DNA from: an uncultured Christensenellaceae bacterium
GTDB taxonomy: Bacteria; Bacillota; Clostridia; Christensenellales; UBA3700
Direction of reading: 5' to 3'
NCBI GenBank assembly: GCA_944381365.1
Contig: CALWKW010000002.1
Span: 257,952-321,951, forward strand
DNA length: 64,000 bases
Positions 9,629 through 18,328 of this stretch are shown here, piece by piece. The notes below the pieces were generated by a model, which saw only the letters and a program-made list of their open reading frames with translations, searched no databases and had not been told where the DNA came from. A program made the translations under genes and the position numbers. The first letter of the stretch is position 1, and each line of letters begins with the position of its first letter.

Positions 9629-9820
9629 ATGAAACCCTATAAAACAACAGCTCATATCCATTCCCGGAACGGTGAAATGGACGAAATAACGATAATCGAT
9701 AAAATCGGAGATAACGACTACATCGTGGACTATAAGGGCGTGAAATGTCACGCCCTTTTTAATTGGTTCAACTGCACCTACTACGCAGACGACCTCTACG
9801 GGAGAATCAACAATGACTAA
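9629..9820 (+). CDS. Small hypothetical protein (module A only)
   Basis: 63 aa. TAAATG junction with the upstream gene. Confidence 0.45.
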   Translation: MKPYKTTAHIHSRNGEMDEITIIDKIGDNDYIVDYKGVKCHALFNWFNCTYYADDLYGRINND

Positions 9821-10028
9821 CATCCAAAAACTTGCCGCAGAAGGCAATAAAAATCATAGGATTTTCGCGGCAACGGTCGTAGACCTTATGAATTCGCAAG
9901 GATTTTACGGTCGGCTTTACCGCTCCATCAACGAAATGGACGACGACAGATACGAACAGTTTTTTGAACTGATCGGCGAGCAGAATTTCAAAGATTCGCT
10001 GGATGTCGTACTCTGGCTCGAATGTTAA
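9813..10028 (+). CDS. Small hypothetical protein (module A only)
   Basis: 71 aa. 8-nt overlap with the upstream ORF. Same strand and operon. Confidence 0.45.
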   Translation: MTNIQKLAAEGNKNHRIFAATVVDLMNSQGFYGRLYRSINEMDDDRYEQFFELIGEQNFKDSLDVVLWLEC

Positions 10029-10048
10029 ATTACAGGAGGTATAACACT

Positions 10049-10423
10049 ATGGCTAAATTAGCAGAACTCAAAAAGTATCTGAATTACGAATTTTCATCCG
10101 GCTGTTATACGGGCGAAGATTACAAATCCTTTCAGACCAAATATATCAACTACCTGAAAGCAATGTGCCGTGAAAATCACTGGCAGCTTGTAAACGTCGG
10201 AAAAAATCATTACTGCTTCTCCGCTTTTATCAAGAGTGCGGATAACAAATGCGTTTACATCTCTGTAAGCGACGTCAGGTATTTCAACAACGAATGGCAC
10301 GACCATATTCTCATTCGCACGGCGCAAAACGAAGTCGATTACAAAGGCGGTTTTAACCATTACACCACACTCGACGGGTTGGAAGGAAAAGCCGCCGAAC
10401 TGCTCGACGATATGCCGTTTTAA
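10049..10423 (+). CDS. Conserved hypothetical protein (module A; paralog of 35305..35679)
   Basis: Start at MAKLAELKKY (ATG 10049, after AGGAGG). 124 aa in both copies. Shared blocks 'YTGEDYK.FQTKYINYLKAMC..NHWQLVNVGKNHYCFSAFIKS'. Confidence 0.7.
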   Translation: MAKLAELKKYLNYEFSSGCYTGEDYKSFQTKYINYLKAMCRENHWQLVNVGKNHYCFSAFIKSADNKCVYISVSDVRYFNNEWHDHILIRTAQNEVDYKGGFNHYTTLDGLEGKAAELLDDMPF

Positions 10424-10434
10424 GGAGGCGCAAT

Positions 10435-10704
10435 ATGAAATCAATCATTGAAGAACTGTATTACGGAAATATCTATGCAAAAGACATTGTATTACCCGAA
10501 AAGAAACGCAAAAAAGAACTTGCGCTTTACGACAAACTGAAAGCAACTTTGTCAAAAGAAAGCGACGAACTCTTTGAAAAATTTATCGAGCTTATAGATG
10601 ATCATTACGACGAACTGATGCTAATGATTTACAAACGCGGCGTTTCTACGGGAATTATGATTGCTGCCGAAGCATTTATCGAAGGAGAAAAACTATGCGA
10701 TTGA
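10435..10704 (+). CDS. Small hypothetical protein (module A only)
   Basis: 89 aa. RBS AAGGAGG upstream. No counterpart in module B. Confidence 0.5.
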   Translation: MKSIIEELYYGNIYAKDIVLPEKKRKKELALYDKLKATLSKESDELFEKFIELIDDHYDELMLMIYKRGVSTGIMIAAEAFIEGEKLCD

Positions 10705-11693
10705 ATCTTGAAACCAAAACAAAAGAACAGGAACTCGTAAAGGCATACCTTGAAGAGAACGCAAGCGAAACTCTTGTAGAGAAAATCAACAACGGCACGC
10801 CTTTTGAAAAGGACGGAAAGCAACTTATCAACCGCAAAACGCTGGACGGCTTTATGCGATACGCCTGCGACGAAGCGAGAAAGCTCGCGGCAAAAGGCGC
10901 AAACTCCGCTTGCGTGGAAGAAAAAGTCGTGTACGGCTGGGCGGTGCATTACTTCGAGGAGGAGTCCATAGAAGGCACGCTCTTTAACGAAGACGGTACA
11001 GAGTATAATCCTGCTCCGAAACCGACGCCTGCTCAGGTCAGGAAAGTAGAAGCGAAAAAGCCGGAACAGCGTCAACCTACGCTCTTTGATTTTATGGAAC
11101 CGGAATCACCCGAACCCGAAGTCAACGATGAAAACGGCGACGATGAGGACGAACAGCCTTCACAAGAAGAAATCGACGAAATCCTTGCCGAAATTGCCGA
11201 AGAAGAAAAATCCGATGCGGAACCGGAAAAGCTCGTTTCACCGATCTGGCAAAAATATCAAGAACTTCAAAAGGAACACTCCGACCGTATTCTCTTGTAT
11301 CGCTTGGGCGATTTTTATGAAGTTTTCGGGGATAATGCCGTAACTCTTTCCGATGAACTCGGCTTAACCCTTACAGGCAGAGATGTAGGACTTGAAAGCC
11401 GTATTCCGATGATAGGTTTTCCTTATCACGCAGCGAACAACTATCTCCCAAAAATAACTCAAAAACACAAAATAGCCGTCGCCGAAACGCCCGACGACGT
11501 AAAGCTGCTCCCTGAACCCGAAGACGACTTCGATGAGCTGACGGAAGAAGAAATGCGGGAGTTTGACGGCGATATAGAAGAACCGAAAGACCTTGACGAC
11601 GAACCCGATAACGGTTTCGACACTTCCGCTTTCGATAAAAACGCTCTCTGCAAACTCGATGAGATCTTCGGCGATAAACTTACTTTGAGGTGA
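10695..11693 (+). CDS. PcfK-like/AcrIIA9-family-like N-terminal domain, an acidic linker, and a MutS-domain-I-like insert (fusion protein)
   Basis: N-terminal ~115 aa match the module B paralog and, from memory, the PcfK-like family. Residues ~185-265, 'SPIWQKYQELQKEHSDRILLYRLGDFYEVFGDNAVTLSDELGLTLTGR...IPMIGFPYHAANNYLPKI', resemble the MutS N-terminal mismatch-binding domain. Long D/E-rich stretches are present. Confidence 0.55.
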   Translation: MRLNLETKTKEQELVKAYLEENASETLVEKINNGTPFEKDGKQLINRKTLDGFMRYACDEARKLAAKGANSACVEEKVVYGWAVHYFEEESIEGTLFNEDGTEYNPAPKPTPAQVRKVEAKKPEQRQPTLFDFMEPESPEPEVNDENGDDEDEQPSQEEIDEILAEIAEEEKSDAEPEKLVSPIWQKYQELQKEHSDRILLYRLGDFYEVFGDNAVTLSDELGLTLTGRDVGLESRIPMIGFPYHAANNYLPKITQKHKIAVAETPDDVKLLPEPEDDFDELTEEEMREFDGDIEEPKDLDDEPDNGFDTSAFDKNALCKLDEIFGDKLTLR

Positions 11694-11697
11694 AATT

Positions 11698-13017
11698 ATG
11701 AAAGTTACAGTCATCAAACCCATTCCAAAATACATATTGGAGAGAATCCGAAAGACGGACAACAAAAACTATCCGAACCCTGACGGTCACGTTCGCTGTT
11801 ATGCCTATCTTACCACTTGGAAAAACGAACTTGTGAAGGTGACCGTTGCCGTAAAGCACCGTTATAAAAAATGGTACTGCAAACAGGTTGCCGTACATGG
11901 ACTGAACTCGGATAAGTGCTTCGTAAAGGATATGGAATACTGCTACTGCGCAAGCATGGGCTTTCGTTTCGGCTGGTACGAAGAAGGCTTGCAAAAATAC
12001 AAAAACTGGTACGAACGCGGTTGGTGCTGGGCGGACGATAAATATTACGATCCATACGCTACGCTTATCAATCCCGACTTTATAGACCGCTTGCCGGAAT
12101 TCAAATTCAGCGCATATAAACTGTATCAGGGCTGCGATATTTTCAAGTATTTACGGCTTTATCGGCAGTATCCCCAGATTGAAATGCTGATGAAACTCGG
12201 CTTTTCGAGAATTGCCATGAGCACCACCATTCTTAAACGCTGCGGAACGGATAAAGCCTTCTGCAAATGGCTCATTTCCAACAAAGCGTTGCTTCAAAAC
12301 AGACACTACTATATCGACGTCATAATCCGTGCATATAGGACGAAAAAACCGCTTGAACAGTTGCAATCATATAAGGAAGAGAAGCTCAGACTAATCCATG
12401 ACAGCAGTCTTACTCCCATTAAAGAACTGTTCAAAGGAAAAGACCTTGAACGGCTCTTCGACTATATGCTAAAACAACAGACCAACCCGAACACTTATCT
12501 CGACTATCTGAAAGCCTGCCAACATCTCGGTCTGGATATGACAGAAGAAAAGGACCGTTTTCCCCACGATTTCAAACGCTGGCACGATATCCGAATCGAC
12601 GAATACGCCACGAAAAAGGCTATGGAAGACGAAGAAAAACGCAAGGAACTGTATATTCAATTTGCCGCCGTTGCGGAAAAATACCTGTCTTTGCAACACG
12701 CAAAACGAAGCTCATTTATCTGCATTATCGCCCACAGCCCGGCAGATCTGATTCGAGAAGGCGAAATGTTGCATCACTGCGTCGGCAGAATGGGTTACGA
12801 CCAAAAATTTGTCCGCGAAGAAACGCTCATTTTCTTTATCCGCAACAAGCAGGAACCCGATACGCCGTTCGTTACAGTCGAATACTCCTTGAAAAACCGG
12901 AAAATCCTGCAATGCTACGGAGAACACGACCACAAACCGAGCGAAGACGTACTGCATTACGTCAACAAAGTATGGCTGCCTTACGCCAACAGAACACTCA
13001 AACAAATTGCCGCATAG
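11698..13017 (+). CDS. PcfJ-like protein (paralog of 36319..37641)
   Basis: 439 aa. C-terminal 'EGEMLHHCVGRMGYDQKFVREETLIFFIR...PFVTVEYSL' block, as I recall for the PcfJ-like domain of conjugative plasmids and ICEs. Confidence 0.6.
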   Translation: MKVTVIKPIPKYILERIRKTDNKNYPNPDGHVRCYAYLTTWKNELVKVTVAVKHRYKKWYCKQVAVHGLNSDKCFVKDMEYCYCASMGFRFGWYEEGLQKYKNWYERGWCWADDKYYDPYATLINPDFIDRLPEFKFSAYKLYQGCDIFKYLRLYRQYPQIEMLMKLGFSRIAMSTTILKRCGTDKAFCKWLISNKALLQNRHYYIDVIIRAYRTKKPLEQLQSYKEEKLRLIHDSSLTPIKELFKGKDLERLFDYMLKQQTNPNTYLDYLKACQHLGLDMTEEKDRFPHDFKRWHDIRIDEYATKKAMEDEEKRKELYIQFAAVAEKYLSLQHAKRSSFICIIAHSPADLIREGEMLHHCVGRMGYDQKFVREETLIFFIRNKQEPDTPFVTVEYSLKNRKILQCYGEHDHKPSEDVLHYVNKVWLPYANRTLKQIAA

Positions 13018-13030
13018 GAGGAATTAAACA

Positions 13031-13315
13031 ATGGCAAACTATTTCAGAATTACAGCTTATCACCCGACCGAAAATCTCTCGGTCATTATGGATTCAAACG
13101 GACTGTTTGAAAAACTCTGGCAATTTTCATCCTTTATGGTATCCAAAGGCTTCAAAATCATAGAAGTCGGAGGCGAAGACAAATTCGATGATGGAGATAT
13201 GCCGAAAGCAGAATACGATAACGTCCACGTTATTTTGCGTGCATGCAAAAGCGGTGAAGCGGAAATTACAGGAAACCGCATTACGGTGGAAGGTAAATCA
13301 TACACTACACTATAA
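13031..13315 (+). CDS. Small conserved hypothetical protein (paralog of 37657..37941)
   Basis: 94 aa. 'YFRITAYHPTEN.SVIMDS.G.FEKLWQFSS..VSKGFKII.VGGEDKFD.GDMPK' is shared between both copies. Confidence 0.65.
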   Translation: MANYFRITAYHPTENLSVIMDSNGLFEKLWQFSSFMVSKGFKIIEVGGEDKFDDGDMPKAEYDNVHVILRACKSGEAEITGNRITVEGKSYTTL

Positions 13316-13317
13316 AA

Positions 13318-13346
13318 AGAAAAAGCCGCTTAATTGCGGTTTTTTC
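13318..13346. terminator. Terminator hairpin between convergent genes
   Basis: AAAAGCCGC-TTAATT-GCGGTTTTT. Confidence 0.7.
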
Positions 13347-13350
13347 GCTT

Positions 13351-14766
13351 TTAATCTCCTTTTATATCAAACAATTGTTTTAACCTTCTTGAATTACTAA
13401 GTACGACTTGCTTCAATTGAATTTGAGGCAAACCTGCTCTTTCAAAAATCATAAAATATATCATTTTTTGCAATATTAGAGTGTCCAACATTACTGTATG
13501 ATAATCAATATTATTCTTTAATAAATGCGCTATGTCATTACGAGCATCCGTTATTCTATTAGCTAAATTAGTCATATCATAGCCAGTATATTTGGTCCCA
13601 AAACTGCTGGAGATTTGTGCTTTTGTTTTATCTAAACATTTTAGCATTTTAGCAAATACAAATTTTAGACGTGACCTTAAAGAACTTAATATTTTATCGA
13701 CACGATCTTTTTCACTCTTAATTATAGCTTTTTCAAGTTCTGTTTCTCCATCTGAATAATGAATTACACGCTTATAAGCAACCTTATAATCTTGTTCTTT
13801 AACACAATAATCCTCAATTCCTGCTTTTAGATTTTCCCTATACTGATTTTCAAACATGCTTGCACACCGCAATATATCTAATGGTTCACAAGTATTTGAT
13901 TTAGAATAATACAATTCTTTCAAATCAAAATTATCTATCAAAAACATTTTCATTATATTAGAAAAAACAGATTTTATAGTATCAAAATTAAAAATACTTT
14001 CTGTTAAAATACTTTTGGTGTCTTGTATAAAAAAAATATTTTCTATCAAAAAATTATTATCATTCGCTAAGTTCACATAGTTAATAAAATTCCCAGCATC
14101 ACAAAGCAAAAATTCACAATATCTATTAACCGCATTTACAATTCTTACAACCAAATCATCACTTATACTTTTATTCGCTTCAAACACAAACCCGCCAACA
14201 ATTTCTTTAGGGAATTTTATTTCCATAGATTGTTGGTTATGATTAAAATGGATTGCTGTGGATTTATATACTTTAATATGTATTTCATCGATATCAAACT
14301 CAGCGCATACTTCATTATCAATAAATCCGTTAGTATTATAATCAAAGCTATTGGGGGCAAAAAAATGTTCTAATAAGCATGGAGAAAAAACCTCTACTTT
14401 GAATATTGGAGAATCATTTCTAATTTTGCTTATTATTGATTTGACATAAAAACAAATTTCATAGCCATTGGTATAGCCATATTCTAAAAACGCAGTAAAG
14501 CCTTGCGAAATATCAACTTCCGAATCAAAATGTCCATACTCATGATTTCTATATTCATCAAAGCAAATCCATTTCTTATTTAAAGCTCTTATAACAACTA
14601 CATTTATATCATATCGCGAAATAAATCTAAAACTTGCAACGCCATTGTGAAAATTGTAACTTAAACGATTTCCGTCAATAGTTATTTCGCCTCTCGCAAT
14701 AAAATTATTAATGCGCTGAGCATCATTAAGTAAAAACTCACGAGCTATTTTCATAAATTTCTCCAC
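13351..14766 (-). CDS. HEPN-domain protein, ApeA-like (candidate single-gene abortive-infection defence)
   Basis: 471 aa, low GC. C-terminal 'ITDARNDIAHLLKN' is an R-x4-H HEPN motif. A large uncharacterised N-terminal region gives an architecture like ApeA (N-terminal domain plus HEPN). Confidence 0.45.
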   Translation of the reverse strand: MEKFMKIAREFLLNDAQRINNFIARGEITIDGNRLSYNFHNGVASFRFISRYDINVVVIRALNKKWICFDEYRNHEYGHFDSEVDISQGFTAFLEYGYTNGYEICFYVKSIISKIRNDSPIFKVEVFSPCLLEHFFAPNSFDYNTNGFIDNEVCAEFDIDEIHIKVYKSTAIHFNHNQQSMEIKFPKEIVGGFVFEANKSISDDLVVRIVNAVNRYCEFLLCDAGNFINYVNLANDNNFLIENIFFIQDTKSILTESIFNFDTIKSVFSNIMKMFLIDNFDLKELYYSKSNTCEPLDILRCASMFENQYRENLKAGIEDYCVKEQDYKVAYKRVIHYSDGETELEKAIIKSEKDRVDKILSSLRSRLKFVFAKMLKCLDKTKAQISSSFGTKYTGYDMTNLANRITDARNDIAHLLKNNIDYHTVMLDTLILQKMIYFMIFERAGLPQIQLKQVVLSNSRRLKQLFDIKGD

Positions 14767-14811
14767 GACTATAATGTAAACATTAAGCTTCTATATATCC
14801 AATCTAACTTT

Positions 14812-15315
14812 CTATAACTTAGGAATTATAGTATGATTATCTATTGTTTTACGGGAAATATCCCATTTAGCGACTTTGATTTTTTTGATTCTTTTACCAT
14901 CGCCAAAATCTAACAAGTCTTCTCTATGTAAGATATTTAGTACTTTATTTAAACTCCCAAGTCCAGCCGACGAAAGCAGATAGGCATCTTCCGGATCGCA
15001 AAGTTTGCAGTAAATCTGTAACTGCCCTAAATTGGGTAAAGTAAGGGGTGTCTTTTTTGCTTCAATAAAGTAAAGATGTGCTTTATTGCTCCATATTACC
15101 ATACCTAAAACATCTATTTCTATCTTTAAACCTACTACTTGAGGATAATAATTTATTATACCGTATTTTTCAAGTACGGAATCTAAATAGACTGAATGAC
15201 AATCGACAACTTTAATGTCACAATTTTGGCGTTTATATTTGTCAACTAGATATATTTCAAGCCATTTGCACATATCGGCATAAAGCTCAACTTCTTTAGC
15301 TACATTATTCTCCAT
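14812..15315 (-). CDS. Small PD-(D/E)xK-like nuclease-fold protein (candidate restriction subunit)
   Basis: 167 aa. 'KIEIDVLGMV...LYFIEAKK' gives a D...ExK arrangement. 11-nt overlap with the upstream gene in the MTase operon. Confidence 0.45.
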   Translation of the reverse strand: MENNVAKEVELYADMCKWLEIYLVDKYKRQNCDIKVVDCHSVYLDSVLEKYGIINYYPQVVGLKIEIDVLGMVIWSNKAHLYFIEAKKTPLTLPNLGQLQIYCKLCDPEDAYLLSSAGLGSLNKVLNILHREDLLDFGDGKRIKKIKVAKWDISRKTIDNHTIIPKL

Positions 15316-16183
15316 ACCCTAAATCCCTTGCCAAATCTGTCCATGAGTCATAATGTTTACCTCTAATGACTGCCGGTAGTGATTCATCATTTTCCATAGG
15401 ATGAATCGGTTTATGTTCTCTCCTTCTTATTGTTTTTTCCCAATAAAATTTATGCGTTTTGTTTTCGTCCAAATATTCTAAAAGTTCTTCCGAGTATTTT
15501 TCCAACGCGCGTTGTTTGTGAAGAATATTAAATCCTATTGGCATAAACTCATTAGCACATATTTTTACTTGGTGTTCTTTTTTCCAATAATAGGGTTTTC
15601 CTTGATTATACATTTTCAAATTTGAATCTCTAAAATTTGGATGTCCGAAATCTATAGTCTGCACCGGAATATCTAAGCTTTTTAGCATATTAGAGATGTC
15701 TATAACCATTTGCCAATTGCCTGGAATTTCAATGTAAACTCTATGGAATCCTTCTTGCCCATATGCCATATTACTACGTCGAATATAACCTGTCACATCA
15801 GCAATTCCGCGTAACAGCTCTTTTTTTTCGTCATTTGATAACGAGAACAATTCGCTATTCATTGTCATTGTAGAATGATGAACACCGTTTCCAATAAATC
15901 GCATAATTTCTCGCATCGTATAATCGGCATTTGGCTTGGTAAAAGATATTTGCGTAACTCTTTTCCCTTGAACAATAGGTAATGAGTGCCCAATCAATGG
16001 TTCAACAACGCACCGTATATCTGCTAAACTGCTTTTTACATATACGGAAACTTCACGCCCTTCATCGTCCCTTAAATTTTTATGAGGCAACTCTATCGTA
16101 ATTGTAGTTGTATCTTCTTTACGTTGCACCTCGCCGTTTCCTAAAATCATTCCAATTAAATATGCCATTTGCGCATTCATCAT
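15305..16183 (-). CDS. Double-motif LAGLIDADG-like protein with both catalytic acidic positions substituted (candidate DNA-recognition subunit)
   Basis: 292 aa. 'AYLIGMILGNGEV' aligns to LAGLIDADG with N at position 8. 'LLRGIADVTGYI' is a second motif with T at position 8. ATGA overlap with the C5-MTase gene. Confidence 0.4.
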   Translation of the reverse strand: MMNAQMAYLIGMILGNGEVQRKEDTTTITIELPHKNLRDDEGREVSVYVKSSLADIRCVVEPLIGHSLPIVQGKRVTQISFTKPNADYTMREIMRFIGNGVHHSTMTMNSELFSLSNDEKKELLRGIADVTGYIRRSNMAYGQEGFHRVYIEIPGNWQMVIDISNMLKSLDIPVQTIDFGHPNFRDSNLKMYNQGKPYYWKKEHQVKICANEFMPIGFNILHKQRALEKYSEELLEYLDENKTHKFYWEKTIRRREHKPIHPMENDESLPAVIRGKHYDSWTDLARDLGYGE

Positions 16184-17274
16184 TGTTCTCCTTGCTCGTC
16201 AACTGTATCATTATATATTTTATCAGCTATCGCCTTTGCCATCAATGGTGGAACAGCATTTCCTATTTGAGTACGCACTGCGACTTTTGTACCGTAAAAA
16301 ATATAGGTATCATCAAAAGATTGAATGCGTGCTGCCTCACGAGGAGTAATAGCGCGGTTCAATACCGGATGATTATTGGTTCCGTTAGAGGCCGCATCAA
16401 ATCTGGTATCTATCGTCGGAGAAGCTTCGTCCCATTTTAGGCGTCCCCAAGTTGAATGAAATTTTTGTTTGCCGAGAAGCTCTTCGGGTAAAAACTCTTT
16501 TCCTTTCTCAGGGGGGATCATCTGTAATTTTTGTATCGCAATTTGAGCATGATTGGAAGCCTTATGATTATATAGTTTTGCGCTATTTCTCCTCATCATT
16601 TTTTGATAATCAGTCGATGCTGGCAACCTATAATCTTGCTCAAAAGCTCCTTCTCCCGATTCCAAATATGCCAAATCACTTATTGCTTCACGAACAGTAA
16701 CAGTTTTACTGCAAGTCGGTAATGGCAAACATATTTTTTTATTCTTACAGCAAATGAAGATTGTTCTTTCTCTTGTTTGAGGAACGCCAAAATCACTTGC
16801 TTTTAATACGCCGACATCAACATTGTAACCGAGTTTATTTATTGCAGATATAATCTCTTCTTTAAACCAACCTTTAGATGTAGAAAGCAGAGTTTTAACA
16901 TTTTCAATAACAAAAACTTCCGGCTGTAACCTTTCTACCAATTTCAAATACTCAATGAAAAGAAAATTACGAGGATCCTTAAGTCCAAGTTTTTTTCCTT
17001 TCATAGAGTAACCCTGACACGGTGGCCCGCCAATTATCATATTGACTTTATATTTAAGAGATTGCTCTATTACTTCATTCTTCACTTCTTGCGTTTTAAT
17101 ATCGCCAACAATAACATGGACATCCGGCATATTCTTCTTAAGAGTAATAGCTAGTTTATCATTTATGTCTAAAGCGACAACTGTTTTGAAGTGGGGATTC
17201 AAATGCATCCCATAAGACATTCCACCTGCGCCACAAAACAAATCAAGTATTCTATAATTGACATCTATGTTCAT
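16180..17274 (-). CDS. DNA (cytosine-5)-methyltransferase
   Basis: Motif I 'DLFCGAGGMS', motif IV 'GGPPCQGYS', motif VI 'FVIENV', motif VIII 'QTRERTIFI', motif X 'QIGNAVPP'. Confidence 0.92.
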   Translation of the reverse strand: MNIDVNYRILDLFCGAGGMSYGMHLNPHFKTVVALDINDKLAITLKKNMPDVHVIVGDIKTQEVKNEVIEQSLKYKVNMIIGGPPCQGYSMKGKKLGLKDPRNFLFIEYLKLVERLQPEVFVIENVKTLLSTSKGWFKEEIISAINKLGYNVDVGVLKASDFGVPQTRERTIFICCKNKKICLPLPTCSKTVTVREAISDLAYLESGEGAFEQDYRLPASTDYQKMMRRNSAKLYNHKASNHAQIAIQKLQMIPPEKGKEFLPEELLGKQKFHSTWGRLKWDEASPTIDTRFDAASNGTNNHPVLNRAITPREAARIQSFDDTYIFYGTKVAVRTQIGNAVPPLMAKAIADKIYNDTVDEQGEQ

Positions 17275-18299
17275 TTAATCTTCTTCCTGATAAGTATTCT
17301 TTTGAAAATATCTTTTCCTTTGATTCTTGGCTTAAATAAGTCGAACTCATTATCGGAGCCATGATTTGCCTCACCAATTATTTCAAACTGAGAATCATTA
17401 TGATACTTTAGATAAGTAAGAGGAACTCCCATTATTCCCGTATAATCTGATGGAATTTCCAAAACTCTAGAAACATTTATAGCGTCAAAATCATCATACT
17501 TAGGATATTTTTCCGGATCGTACTTACAGGTTAAGACTAATTGCTGATGCTTACGTTCATTATCTAAATTGGTAAGCCACATTGCATTTCCTAAGCTACG
17601 CCATTTCTGCCCGGTTTCGTCGACCCAAAATCTATATTTTCTAGGTTGTGTATCATTCGGGACTTTAAAAGCCATATCGCCAAAACGGTAACCAATCCAA
17701 GCTTGCCCACTTTTAATGAAAGGAAAAATCTCTTTATAAGTTATAGCATTTTGATTGCCAATTAACAAGTATTGTTTCTTATATTTTACCAACAATGAGA
17801 ACAAGTCTATGAATTTAGAAAAAGGTGGATTTGTGACTACTATATCAGCCTCCTTAAGATATTCAACACATTCCTCACTTCTAAAATCGCCGTCACCTTT
17901 TAATTTCTTAACAACCTTTAATTTATTTATTAGATCTGTTATACTGTCACCATGAAGTAAGACTTCCTCAATATTAGGAAATTGTTCTACAACCATTACA
18001 TAAGCAGCATTATCTACTAGCGGAGAATAATTGTCATCTACTATAGTCGACTGAGCAACAATTCTTGATCCCTTATAAGAGGTACAAATTAATTTTTTTA
18101 GTTTCAGTGTATTAAAATTTTTCAAAAAATAGGTTGTAAAAGCAGATTTGTAAGGATCATCACAATTACATAAAACAACCTTTCCTTGAAATTGTTCAGA
18201 ATAATGAGAAATCTCCGACTCTACAGTTGCATAGTCGGTGTACCATTCGTCTGTGTTTTCAGTATATCTAGCTTTATTAAGTATAGAATTGTTTGCCAC
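17271..18299 (-). CDS. N6-adenine DNA methyltransferase, EcoRI-methylase-like family
   Basis: 'DEWYTDYATVE...GKVVLCNCDDP...GDFRSEE...ADIVVTNPPFSKF...LLIGNQNAITYKE...YPKYDDFDAINV' matches my recollection of the EcoRI_methylase family. NPPF catalytic motif. Confidence 0.75.
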   Translation of the reverse strand: MANNSILNKARYTENTDEWYTDYATVESEISHYSEQFQGKVVLCNCDDPYKSAFTTYFLKNFNTLKLKKLICTSYKGSRIVAQSTIVDDNYSPLVDNAAYVMVVEQFPNIEEVLLHGDSITDLINKLKVVKKLKGDGDFRSEECVEYLKEADIVVTNPPFSKFIDLFSLLVKYKKQYLLIGNQNAITYKEIFPFIKSGQAWIGYRFGDMAFKVPNDTQPRKYRFWVDETGQKWRSLGNAMWLTNLDNERKHQQLVLTCKYDPEKYPKYDDFDAINVSRVLEIPSDYTGIMGVPLTYLKYHNDSQFEIIGEANHGSDNEFDLFKPRIKGKDIFKRILIRKKIK

Positions 18300-18328
18300 T
18301 CCAAATACCTCTAAAACATATTGTCAAA

